From Opitutia bacterium (GTDB taxonomy: Bacteria; Verrucomicrobiota; Verrucomicrobiia; Opitutales; Opitutaceae), in the NCBI GenBank assembly GCA_947478395.1, contig CANJVR010000007.1, forward strand, positions 1 through 64,000: a DNA stretch of 64,000 bases. The letters run 5' to 3'. Positions 9,923-20,329 of this stretch are shown here, in pieces (position 1 is the first letter of the stretch; every line of letters begins with the position of its first letter). A model generated the notes under the pieces. The model made no database searches and had not been told where the DNA came from. It was given only the letters and a program-made list of their open reading frames with translations. The position numbers were made by a program, and so were the translations under genes.

Positions 9923-9976
9923 GCGTTCGGAGGGGGTCAGGGCGTTCGGAGGGGGTCAAGCGTTCGGAGGGGGTCA
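9923..9976 (+). repeat. Three tandem copies of the 17-mer GCGTTCGGAGGGGGTCA
   Basis: Exact copies at 9923-9939, 9942-9958 and 9960-9976; the third begins the 190-bp unit. Confidence 0.95.
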
Positions 9977-10149
9977 GGTTGCCCATTTCCCACTCCCGAC
10001 CAACGACGGGCGGAGTGACCCCGAGGAAATTCTGCGTTGATGGGTCGCTTGAAAACCATTCGAAGACGCGGCCTAAACGTTCCGACCGCCGCTTCGCGGA
10101 GATTCTCCGGTCAATTGGGGAAATGGGCAACCTGACCCCTTTCTGGCTT
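9960..10149 (+). mobile_element. 190-bp non-coding MITE/REPIN-like unit, copy 1
   Basis: 22-bp perfect subterminal IR GGGGTCAGGTTGCCCATTTCCC (9970-9991 / 10118-10139); differs from 11919-12108 at one position seen (10045 T vs 12004 C). Confidence 0.85.
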
Positions 10150-10420
10150 TTCCGAGAAAGTGGGAACTATCAAGACGGCCAAGGGTTACGAGAACTATGA
10201 GCTTCTTTACACCGGAGTTTTTGCTACCGGCCTCAACTTAACCTATCGGGAGTTCAGCCCAGAGGGGTTGGTGCGAGTCGCGTTTTTTCAGAGCCTAACC
10301 TACGAGGTAGGGGCGAAGAGTATCACGTTCAAGAAATTTAGAATCTCCGTCGAAAAGGCCACGTCTGAATCAATCACCTTCACGGTTCTCTCCGACGGCT
10401 ACGATGTGAAAAAAGATTAG
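10150..10420 (+). pseudogene. 3' fragment of a hypothetical protein gene, truncated at the repeat
   Basis: Protein-like frame ..YELLYTGVFATGLNLTYREFSPEGLVRVAFFQSLTYE..ITFTVLSDGYDVKKD* runs open back into the repeat with no convincing start. Confidence 0.6.
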
Positions 10421-10540
10421 ACGGCCCTCGAACCCGAAAGGGTTTTGGCGAGTCCACGTCCCGATGAACACGTGCTGCCGCGTAAATTCCCCACACAGCA
10501 GGGACAGAAGGGACAGAACTCCGCCGGCGATTACGCCAAC

Positions 10541-10707
10541 GCGGCCCATCAACGCAGAATTTCCTCGGGGTCAGTCCGCCCGTCGTTGGTCGGAAGTGGG
10601 AAATGGGCAACCTGACCCCCTCCGAACGCCCTAAACGTTCCGACCGCCGCTTCGCGGAGATTCTCCGGTCAATTGGGGAAATGGGCAACCTGACCCCTTT
10701 CTGGCTT
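10541..10707. mobile_element. Rearranged copy of the 190-bp unit: inverted left arm fused to direct right arm
   Basis: 10541-10631 is the reverse complement of the left arm (2 substitutions relative to copy 2); 10630-10707 equals the right arm; the middle ~23 bp are absent. Confidence 0.9.
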
Positions 10708-10846
10708 TTTCCTTGTTTTACAAGCTGGCACTCGCCGACGTATCTAAACATTAACCACATTTGCCCGCTGTTCATTTTCCCGCACAGACAGCTGTCATTA
10801 TCAACCGTGGGTCTAAAGATCCTCGATGCTTTAACTGATAACCAAT

Positions 10847-11299
10847 ATGATCGACTCACGATTCACAGAAAAAATCGAAATGGAGATCAACTCCGAAGAC
10901 AGGCGTAAGATTTTTCGCCAAGGTTGCTGTTACCATTTCGCACTCAGAATCCATTTGGACAGACTTCCAACTTCGCGCGTAAAAAGGATTGTGGACCGGA
11001 TCAATGGTTCAACCCATGCTTGCCTACTTACCACGAGAGACGAATACGTCGACATCGATGGGGTTTACTCTGAAACAGATTTTATCTCATCGATTCAAAA
11101 AAGATTCGGGATGATCGAGTATGAAATCGAGGAATTGGAGATTCCTTGGCTGTTCGATAAAATTTCCGAGAGGGAAATGCCGGTAGAACTCACGAGGGAG
11201 GTATATCGACTGGCTCTTTCAGAGTTCGACACCCGTCACGAATTCGCATCGCTCAAGTTAGTTTCACCGTTACCTGTGACCGCTAAAGATCAGCTGTAA
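10847..11299 (+). CDS. Hypothetical protein, AT-richer than host, probably foreign
   Basis: 150-aa ORF with GCCYHFALRIH...HAC...YVDIDG motif; alternative start near 10880. Confidence 0.6.
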   Translation: MIDSRFTEKIEMEINSEDRRKIFRQGCCYHFALRIHLDRLPTSRVKRIVDRINGSTHACLLTTRDEYVDIDGVYSETDFISSIQKRFGMIEYEIEELEIPWLFDKISEREMPVELTREVYRLALSEFDTRHEFASLKLVSPLPVTAKDQL

Positions 11300-11500
11300 G
11301 TGAAAACGTGCCACCGCAAAGTCCTACATGCACCTAACGGAATAGTCTTCCGAGGACTCCCTTCACCATTACCAACAAAATCAAGAGTGTGCCCGCGATG
11401 AGTAACCATTGGGTAAGGTTGAAAGAGTGGAGGCCCAACGGAGTGAATTGGAGCAGGAGCAGAATGCCCCAGATAAGTCCGAGGAACATGCCGAACGCGA

Positions 11501-11915
11501 TCATATGTCATCCTCTTTCTTCGTTAACTCCGCCGTGACCGCAGAGTCTGGCTTTCGCCGGGGTTTTCTTGGTTTGGTCTCAATTGGTGGCTTTTCGAGA
11601 GGCTGCGCGGCTAGCATTTCACCGATACCCGACGTCAGGCGCCGTTGGTCGTCGGCGTAGTGGTCAGCGGTGATCTGGATATTCGCGTGCCTGAGCAGGC
11701 GGGAGGCCGCGTAGATGCCATATTTTTCCGTGATGAGACGGCCGTATTCCTTGCGGAGGGTATGCAGCGGTTTTCCCTTGGGCACACCATGCGAGCAAAG
11801 CCATTCATTGAGCTTCCAAAACTCCTTGGAAGCTCGGTAGTGGAAGTAGGTCGTGCCCATCCGAGGCGCCACCTTGGATTCAACAACAAATTCACCCGTC
11901 GCGGTCTTCTTGTAT
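11501..11915 (-). pseudogene. C-terminal fragment of a tyrosine recombinase (phage integrase family)
   Basis: LHTLRKEYG (HxLR) and LRHANIQITADHY (H...Y) catalytic motifs; the frame stays open upstream (YKKTATGEFVVESKVAPR) up to the repeat at 11916. Confidence 0.85.
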
Positions 11916-11918
11916 GGG

Positions 11919-12108
11919 GCGTTCGGAGGGGGTCAGGTTGCCCATTTCCCACTCCCGACCAACGACGGGCGGAGTGACCCCGAGGAAATTCTGCGTTGAT
12001 GGGCCGCTTGAAAACCATTCGAAGACGCGGCCTAAACGTTCCGACCGCCGCTTCGCGGAGATTCTCCGGTCAATTGGGGAAATGGGCAACCTGACCCCTT
12101 TCTGGCTT
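11919..12108 (+). mobile_element. 190-bp non-coding MITE/REPIN-like unit, copy 2
   Basis: Direct repeat of 9960-10149 with the same 22-bp IRs. Confidence 0.85.
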
Positions 12109-12168
12109 CCGTTCCCCAATGTGCGAACCAAAGTCGCGATACGCTGATTTCCGATTATGCCTTTACCT

Positions 12169-12597
12169 ATGAAAACCTGCCGATTCCTCCTCTGCTCCTT
12201 TATCGCGGCCTTCGCCTCCTTCGCGCATGCGCAGGAAAAGCGCGCCGCATTGTCGGACGAACAAAAGACCTTCCTCAGCCAATACGAAGCCGTGCGCGCC
12301 GGTTTGGCGGCGGACGATTTGACCGCCACCAAAAAAGCGGCGGCAGCGGTTACGGCCGTTCTGGCTACGGACAGCGCCAAGAAGATCGCCTCGGCGGACT
12401 CGATTACGGCGGCGCGCGAGGCATTCAAGGCGCTGAGCAAACAAGCCGTCACTACGGCGGCGGGCCAATCCGGCTACTACCACGCGCATTGCCCCATGGT
12501 GCCGAATGACGAGGGGAACTGGGTTCAGACTTCAAAGAAAATCAGCAACCCGTATTTTGGAAAATCGATGGCCACCTGCGGCAGCATCGAAAACTGA
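12169..12597 (+). CDS. Periplasmic DUF3347-like putative metal-binding protein
   Basis: Signal peptide; AREAFKALS, HCPMV...GNWVQ...ISNPYFGKSMATCG. Confidence 0.8.
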   Translation: MKTCRFLLCSFIAAFASFAHAQEKRAALSDEQKTFLSQYEAVRAGLAADDLTATKKAAAAVTAVLATDSAKKIASADSITAAREAFKALSKQAVTTAAGQSGYYHAHCPMVPNDEGNWVQTSKKISNPYFGKSMATCGSIEN

Positions 12598-12602
12598 CCG
12601 TC

Positions 12603-13670
12603 GTGAACCTGCGCCTCTGGCCCCTCCTCGCCGCACTCGCTCTCGCGGCGCTCCATTTCCCGGCATTAGCGGAAACCCGCATCGCGGGTGCCGCTCAGCC
12701 GCAGCTCGCTGCGGCGTCAGACGGCCGGGTTTGGCTCGTCTACGGCCAGGGGCATGACGTGGCGGTTGCCCGGTCTGATGACAGCGGCAACACCTTCCTG
12801 CCGCCGAGCACGGTGGCAACCTTGCCTCAGCTCATGCTCGGGATGCGGCGAGGACCGCGTATCGTGGCGCGCGGCGATACGATCACCGTCACGGTCGTCG
12901 CGCCCGAATTGCTCGCGTATCGTTCGACCGATGCGGGGCGGACGTGGATCGGACCGGTGACCGTCAACGATGTCGCGGAATGCACGCGGGAGGGTTTGCA
13001 CGACCTCGCCCTAAGTCCTAACGGCGAACTGTTCGCCACCTGGCTCGATCTCCGTAACGGCAAGATGGAACTGTGGGGCGCTTCGTCGCGGGACGGCGGA
13101 GCGACTTGGGCAAAAAACCAGCAAGTGTATAAATCCCCCGGGGTTTCGATTTGCGAATGCTGCCACCCGACGGCGCTCTTCGACGCGGATGGCAATCTTG
13201 CCGTGATGTGGCGGAACTCCATCGACGGATCGCGCGACATGTGGATGACCACGCGGGCGAAGGGCGCAACGCAGTTCGCCGCCGCGCACAAGGTCGGCCA
13301 AGGCACTTGGCAGCTGAACGCCTGCCCCATGGACGGCGGACGAATCGTAGCGCTCGGCGGCGGGAAGTTTGGTGCGATCTTTCAACGCGCGGGCGAAGTA
13401 TTCTACGTTTCCGATACCGGCGCGGAAATTTCCCTCGGCAAGGGCAAGCAGCCGATTGCGATGCTCGAAGATCGCGAGCCGCTTCTGCTGTGGCAGGACG
13501 GTTCCGACTTGGTTTCCGTCAAAGGGAGCGGGCATGCGCCAACCAAGCGCGCGACTGATGCGCGCTTCGCGGTAGTCGCGCTCATGCCGGGCGCTCGAGG
13601 CATCTTGCTCGCTTACGAACAAGGACCCGCGAAAGAGAAGCAGCCCGGAATCGTGGTCGAGCGCCTCTAG
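12603..13670 (+). CDS. Secreted BNR/Asp-box (sialidase-fold) protein
   Basis: Asp-boxes SDDSGNTF, STDAGRTW, SRDGGATW; CECCHP and CPMDGG motifs. Confidence 0.8.
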   Translation: MNLRLWPLLAALALAALHFPALAETRIAGAAQPQLAAASDGRVWLVYGQGHDVAVARSDDSGNTFLPPSTVATLPQLMLGMRRGPRIVARGDTITVTVVAPELLAYRSTDAGRTWIGPVTVNDVAECTREGLHDLALSPNGELFATWLDLRNGKMELWGASSRDGGATWAKNQQVYKSPGVSICECCHPTALFDADGNLAVMWRNSIDGSRDMWMTTRAKGATQFAAAHKVGQGTWQLNACPMDGGRIVALGGGKFGAIFQRAGEVFYVSDTGAEISLGKGKQPIAMLEDREPLLLWQDGSDLVSVKGSGHAPTKRATDARFAVVALMPGARGILLAYEQGPAKEKQPGIVVERL

Positions 13671-13745
13671 CCGGCGAACGGCAAACTGCTAGGCGCGATC
13701 GAACGGGGTCAGGCTGTACCTATTTCCCGCAGGATTCATCATTCG

Positions 13746-14924
13746 CTACGGGCCTGCGATCGACCGCAACCCGTGCGCGAGACGGCCGATGCCCTCGGCG
13801 GCGGTTTCCTTTTGCAGGGCACCGTAGGCGACGCGCAGGTGGCACCCGTGCTCCAGGCCGAAGGCGTTGCCCGGAATCACCGCGACGCCGTGCTCACGGA
13901 TCAAGCGCGTCGCCATTGTCAGCGGCGGATGCGGCGAGTCGACGCGGAGCAGAAAATAAAACGCGCCGTCGGCCGGAGGAATTTTCGCGATGCCCTCGGC
14001 CGCGAGCGCGGCGAGCTCGCGCTGGACCAGCGCGCGCACCTCGGCCAAGGCGCGGAGTTTTTCGCGCACGAAGGGCGTGCCAGCGGTGAGTGCACCGACC
14101 GCGGCGTGTTGGGACACGACGGGCGGACAGATCATCAAGGTGTCCTGAATTTTTCGCAGCGCGGCCTCGAGATTTTCCGGAAACACCATCCAGCCGATGC
14201 GCCAGCTCGCGAAACCGAACGCCTTTGACATCGAGTAGAGCGAGATGGTGTGCGGCGCACTCCCGGGAATCGAAGCGACGGAAAAATGCCGCGCGCCGTC
14301 GTAAGTGAACTGCTCGTAGGCTTCGTCGCTGAGATGAAACAAACCCCGCTCGGCGCAGAGGGCATTCACGGCGCGTAGCGCCGACTCCGGATAGACTGCG
14401 CCCGAGGGATTGTTGGGCGAAACGGTGACGATCGCCCGCGTGCGCGGTGTGATCGCGGCGCGCAGCGCGGCGAGGTCGAGCTGGTAGTCGGCGTCGGTCG
14501 GCACGAGCACGGGAACGCAGTTCGCCATCGTGACCGCCATCTCGTGGTTGAAATAATACGGTACCGGCAAAATCACTTCGTCGCCGGGATCGGCGATGGC
14601 GAGGAGCGCGGCCATGAAGGCGTTGTTGCCCCCGGCGGTGACCATGAGGCGGTTGCCGGACGCGGGGCCGGTGGTGATTTTATTTTCGGCGGCGAGCTTG
14701 CGCGCGAGCGCGTCGAGCAGCGCGGGGATGCCGGCGACCGGTTGGTATTTGTGATTCGCGGGATCGGCGGAGAAACCGGCGGCGGCGGCGAAAGCCTCGG
14801 GCGGCGGGGCGTAGTTAACCACGCCCTGCCCAAGCGAGATCGTGCCCGGATGCGCCCGAATGAGATCGGCGATGACTGGAATGATCGGCGACTGGACAGC
14901 GGAAAGGCGACGGGACTCGTGCAT
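13746..14924 (-). CDS. PLP-dependent aminotransferase, class I/II
   Basis: ISLGQG, SPNNPSG, SDEAY, SMSKAFGFASWRIG; start re-assigned to MHESRRL. Confidence 0.9.
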   Translation of the reverse strand: MHESRRLSAVQSPIIPVIADLIRAHPGTISLGQGVVNYAPPPEAFAAAAGFSADPANHKYQPVAGIPALLDALARKLAAENKITTGPASGNRLMVTAGGNNAFMAALLAIADPGDEVILPVPYYFNHEMAVTMANCVPVLVPTDADYQLDLAALRAAITPRTRAIVTVSPNNPSGAVYPESALRAVNALCAERGLFHLSDEAYEQFTYDGARHFSVASIPGSAPHTISLYSMSKAFGFASWRIGWMVFPENLEAALRKIQDTLMICPPVVSQHAAVGALTAGTPFVREKLRALAEVRALVQRELAALAAEGIAKIPPADGAFYFLLRVDSPHPPLTMATRLIREHGVAVIPGNAFGLEHGCHLRVAYGALQKETAAEGIGRLAHGLRSIAGP

Positions 14925-15218
14925 CGTGAGGGGCGCTCCAGCCCGGCAGGCGCGATTTCCGGCGTCAACCTCCCAAACCTCTCTAGCGCCCGGGCCGTAC
15001 GGAACGAATTGTCGGCCCGGAAGGCGGCGTGGATCGGCCTGACCCCATGGTGCGGCAAAGGCTGGAAACGGTGGCTGCGCTCCGTGGCGCCGTGCGATCG
15101 CTTGTCCGTCGTCGGGCAATCGGGCTCATTCTCGGGCTGGGCGGAACCTTGGCTTGGCGGGCGTGACCGATTAAGACCACATATGCTCCGCACCGCCCTC
15201 ACTACGATGAAACTAGCC

Positions 15219-17127
15219 ATGAACACCCGCGCTTGGATGCGTTTCTTGCTTGTTGGGTTAGCACTCGCGGCGCGGCCGTCTTTCGCGGCCGACGTCGTCG
15301 CGCCAGCGAATGCGGCCGCGACGGCCGAGCCCGGGGCCGCCAACCCCGCGGACACGATCGTTTCCACGGCTCCGATGGAAGTGGAGACCGAAGACTCCGG
15401 TGTGCATGGGCAGCTCGTCGTGGGCGCGCAGATTCTCGGCGCTGATTTGCGCGGCGATCTCGTTTATACGATTACGTCGGAGCCGCTTTATGGCCGGGTC
15501 GGTCTTTCTGGTGGCGGCGATGAGGCGGATTTTTTCAAGAACAAGACGTCGCGCCTCGGCTATTTCGCGTACCGGGCGCAGGACGATTACGCGGGCAACG
15601 ATTCCTTTGGTTACACCGTGCGCAATCAAACCACCGGCCTCACGTACAAGAGTACGGTCGTGATTACGGTCAAACCGCCAAAGGCCGTCGTGCTGCAAAA
15701 ATTTGAGGTCAGCGCGGCCCGTGAGCGCCCGATCGATGTGCGCGAGGTTGTGCTTACGACCCGCCCGAACCGGCCGGTGACGCAGAAGATTCCGAGTCAC
15801 GAAGATTTCATGACGGCGGCTGACCGGCAGCACCGTCGTGGCGCCGAAAGTTTTCTACGTGCTGGACGGGAAAGTAAAACCGCAGAACGGCACGGCGACG
15901 CTCGATCGTGCCACCGGCCAGCTGACCTACGCGCCCAACCCCGGCTTTATCGGTCAGGATCGTTTCAAGTACTACACATTCGACGAAAATAACTCGCAGC
16001 TCGGGGCGGATAATTTCGTGGCGGTCAGTGTCGAGCCGATCCGCAACTTGAAACATCTGGTCGCGGATCGCTCCCTCAGCCGGCAGGTCGACCTCGTATT
16101 CGTCATCAATAATTCGCCTTCGATGGCCGCGCACCAGGGCCAGATTGCGGCCAACCTGAGTCGTTTTCGGCAGCTCTTTCACGCGCGCGATCTCGACTAC
16201 CGGATCGGAGTACTCACGACTGATTTTGTGAATTCAGACCCGAATCGCCGGAGTGGCGATCAGGCCTATTACAAGGAGGTGAAGTCCGTTCAGTTTGATA
16301 AGGCGGGCAATCCCGTGGTCGATGGGCGGGGTCGGCCACAGTCGACTACCAAGCGGGTCGCGAGCAACGGCGCCCTCGTGACTTTGCCGGCCATGGCGCA
16401 GCCTTGGATCACGCCCAAGACGCCCGACTCCGTTTTTGCGGAGCTCGTGAAAGTCGGCACGAACGGCGACAGCAACCGCACGGCGTTCACCTCGGTCTAT
16501 AATTTCGTCTCGGGCTACTACAACAAGCAGCACACCTTTTTGCGCCCCGATGCCACCACGATCGTGGTCTTCTTCATGGACGAAGAGGAAACGCGCATGG
16601 CGTTGTGGAAGGAGCAAAAGAACGGACCCTCGCAGGCGGAGTGGATCGAGAACGGCAAACTCCCCGATCTTCTTAACCAGTTCAACGCGCGCAACCCCGA
16701 CAAACGCCAGACCCTCGACGGCTACATCAACTATTGGGTGTTGCGGCCCTTTATCATCGTGAAGGGCAACAGGCGCGGAAAAATCGAGATGCACGCGGTG
16801 GTATCACCGAACAACATTTCCCACCGGCGTGCGGCTGAGCTGACCGGCGGCACCGTGTTGAACATCGAGAGCGATTTTTCGGAGCCGCTGGCGGCGCTCG
16901 GCGACCGCATCGCCGACACCGTCGCGGTCGCGCTCGACCCGGTGGAAAATAATTCCGTCTTCTACAAAAAGAGTCTGCGCGTGCAGGTCGACGGCCATGA
17001 GGTAGCACCTGATCCCGTGAACGGCTACGTCTACGACGAGCTCACGCACAGCATCCGCTTCCAAGGCACCGCCAAGAAGCAAGCGTTCGCCGCGAAGATC
17101 GATATCGCGTACGAAGAACACCTCTGA
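15219..17127 (+). pseudogene. Secreted Ig-like (cadherin/Big_9-type) repeats plus vWA-like domain protein, split by a frameshift near 15828
   Basis: Frame 1: signal peptide and YRAQDDYAGNDSFGYTV; frame 2: YAPNPGFIGQDRFKYYT, VDLVFVINNSPSM, YRIGVLTTD; frames join at GAC CGG C AGC ACC GTC. Confidence 0.75.
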
Positions 17128-17336
17128 GCGGTCGTCTAAATTTATCGAATTCGAATTCCCGCGCAGCAGAACGCGGGTCCGTTTTTTATGGAAAGCGCAG
17201 ATTGTCTTTCTGCCCGAAATAAAGAATTTAGCCGAAAGCCGCCAAAAGTCGCAGCGCAAATCCAATTGGATCCGGCGCTAGGCCAAGGTTGATCGGCTCG
17301 TTTTTAGGCGTCCGCTGTTCATCCCGCACCCATGCC

Positions 17337-18083
17337 ATGAAATACCTCCTCCGTCGTCTTCGTTGCCCGCTCGCCCTCGCGGCGGTCCTGTCGCTTTTTT
17401 TCCTGCCGGGCGGCATCGCCGCCGCCGACTCCAACTCTACGTCGCCACCCAACCAACTCACTGCTGCGGAGAAAGCGGCGGACTGGCAGTTGCTCTTTGA
17501 CGGGAAAAGTTTCGCGGGCTGGCACGGCTACGGCACCCCGGGAATGCCGGCGGCTGGTTGGGAAGTTGCCGACGGCATGATTCACGTCATTGGCAAATCG
17601 AAGAGTAACGACCTGATTACGGAGCGGAAATTCACCGACTTCGAACTCAGTTGGGAATGGCGCATCGCCGAGGTCGGCAACAACGGGGTGAAATATTTTG
17701 TGAACGAGAAACGGCCGGACGCCCGCGGGCACGAATATCAGATGCTCGATGACGATCGGCATCCTGACGGCAAACTCGGCGCCAACCGCCAGACCGCGGC
17801 GTTTTACGACGTGCTTCCTGCTGCAGCCGACAAACCCGTGCGCACTCCCGGCGAATGGAATGTCTCGCGCATCATTGTCCGCGGCGGCCACGTCGAACAC
17901 TGGCTCAACGGCAAGAATGTCCTCACGTACGAACTCGGCAGCCCCGAGGTGAAGGCCGGCCTGGCCAAAAGCAAATTCAAGAATGCGCCGGGCTTCGGCG
18001 ATAAGATCACCGGTCCCATTTTGCTCACCTACCACGAAACCGATTGCTGGTTTCGCAGCGTGAAGATTCGGGAACTGAAGTAG
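17337..18083 (+). CDS. DUF1080 (3-keto-disaccharide hydrolase-like) secreted protein
   Basis: WQLLFDGKSFAGW, FTDFELSWEW, GNNGVKY, HEYQMLDD, GEWN, VEHWLNG. Confidence 0.9.
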   Translation: MKYLLRRLRCPLALAAVLSLFFLPGGIAAADSNSTSPPNQLTAAEKAADWQLLFDGKSFAGWHGYGTPGMPAAGWEVADGMIHVIGKSKSNDLITERKFTDFELSWEWRIAEVGNNGVKYFVNEKRPDARGHEYQMLDDDRHPDGKLGANRQTAAFYDVLPAAADKPVRTPGEWNVSRIIVRGGHVEHWLNGKNVLTYELGSPEVKAGLAKSKFKNAPGFGDKITGPILLTYHETDCWFRSVKIRELK

Positions 18084-18123
18084 TGCGCGGCTAGCCGTAT
18101 AAATTTTCCTGGGGCGGTTTGGG

Positions 18124-18193
18124 GTGGCGGCACGCGTCGCTGCCTGCCGGGTGCGGCGTCATCGTTTCGGCAGGCAGGGACGCCTGCCGCTAC
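18124..18193. repeat. REP doublet (GTAG-type), family GTAGCGGCAGGCGTCCCTGCCTGCC
   Basis: Inverted pair between convergent genes; same family as 39948-40017. Confidence 0.8.
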
Positions 18194-18395
18194 ACCTTGC
18201 CGGCGTTGAACCGCGCTTTAGCTCCAGAAGGGTGGCTCACGAAGAGGAATAAAGAATTCCTCCTCCTGCGTCTGAATCGCCCGCGCGCAATTTGGCGCAT
18301 GGCGACTTCGCGGTAGGCCGCGAAACCCTCGTGCTTTTTGGGGCAAAATTCTGATCCCTTTTCCCCTTCCGGCCAAGCGTGGCGCCGCCCGGCGC

Positions 18396-20183
<1,788 letters not shown>

Positions 20184-20329
20184 GGGCGTGAAGAAAAGGG
20201 CGAACGGAAGAAGAAGCCGTCGCCGGCCCGGTGGGGCAACCAGATTTTCGGGGAGCGCGCAATACACCCCGTCGCGTCGCGCCACCGCTCTCAACAGAGG
20301 TGGTGACCGAAAGAGCGGGGTGGGGCGCT

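Noticed and set aside
9923..12108. CRISPR array
   Set aside because: Units are 190 bp with mixed orientation and 0.4-1.2 kb inserts; no regular repeat-spacer period and no cas genes in the window
10150..12108. Integron (IntI plus attC cassettes)
   Set aside because: Repeats lack RYYYAAC/GTTRRRY ends; the integrase is a truncated phage-type fragment inside the cargo, and the cargo genes are broken rather than whole cassettes
9674..12452. ORFs translated through the 190-bp unit (e.g. 9769-10200, 10380-10859, 11914-12147, 11892-12452)
   Set aside because: They repeat the same peptide because they read the repeat; no protein-family features
14544..15182. N-terminal part of ORF 14544-15992
   Set aside because: Overlaps the aminotransferase antisense; the real signal peptide begins near 15219
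15814..15840. Programmed ribosomal frameshift or phase-variable tract
   Set aside because: No slippery heptamer, homopolymer or simple repeat at the shift
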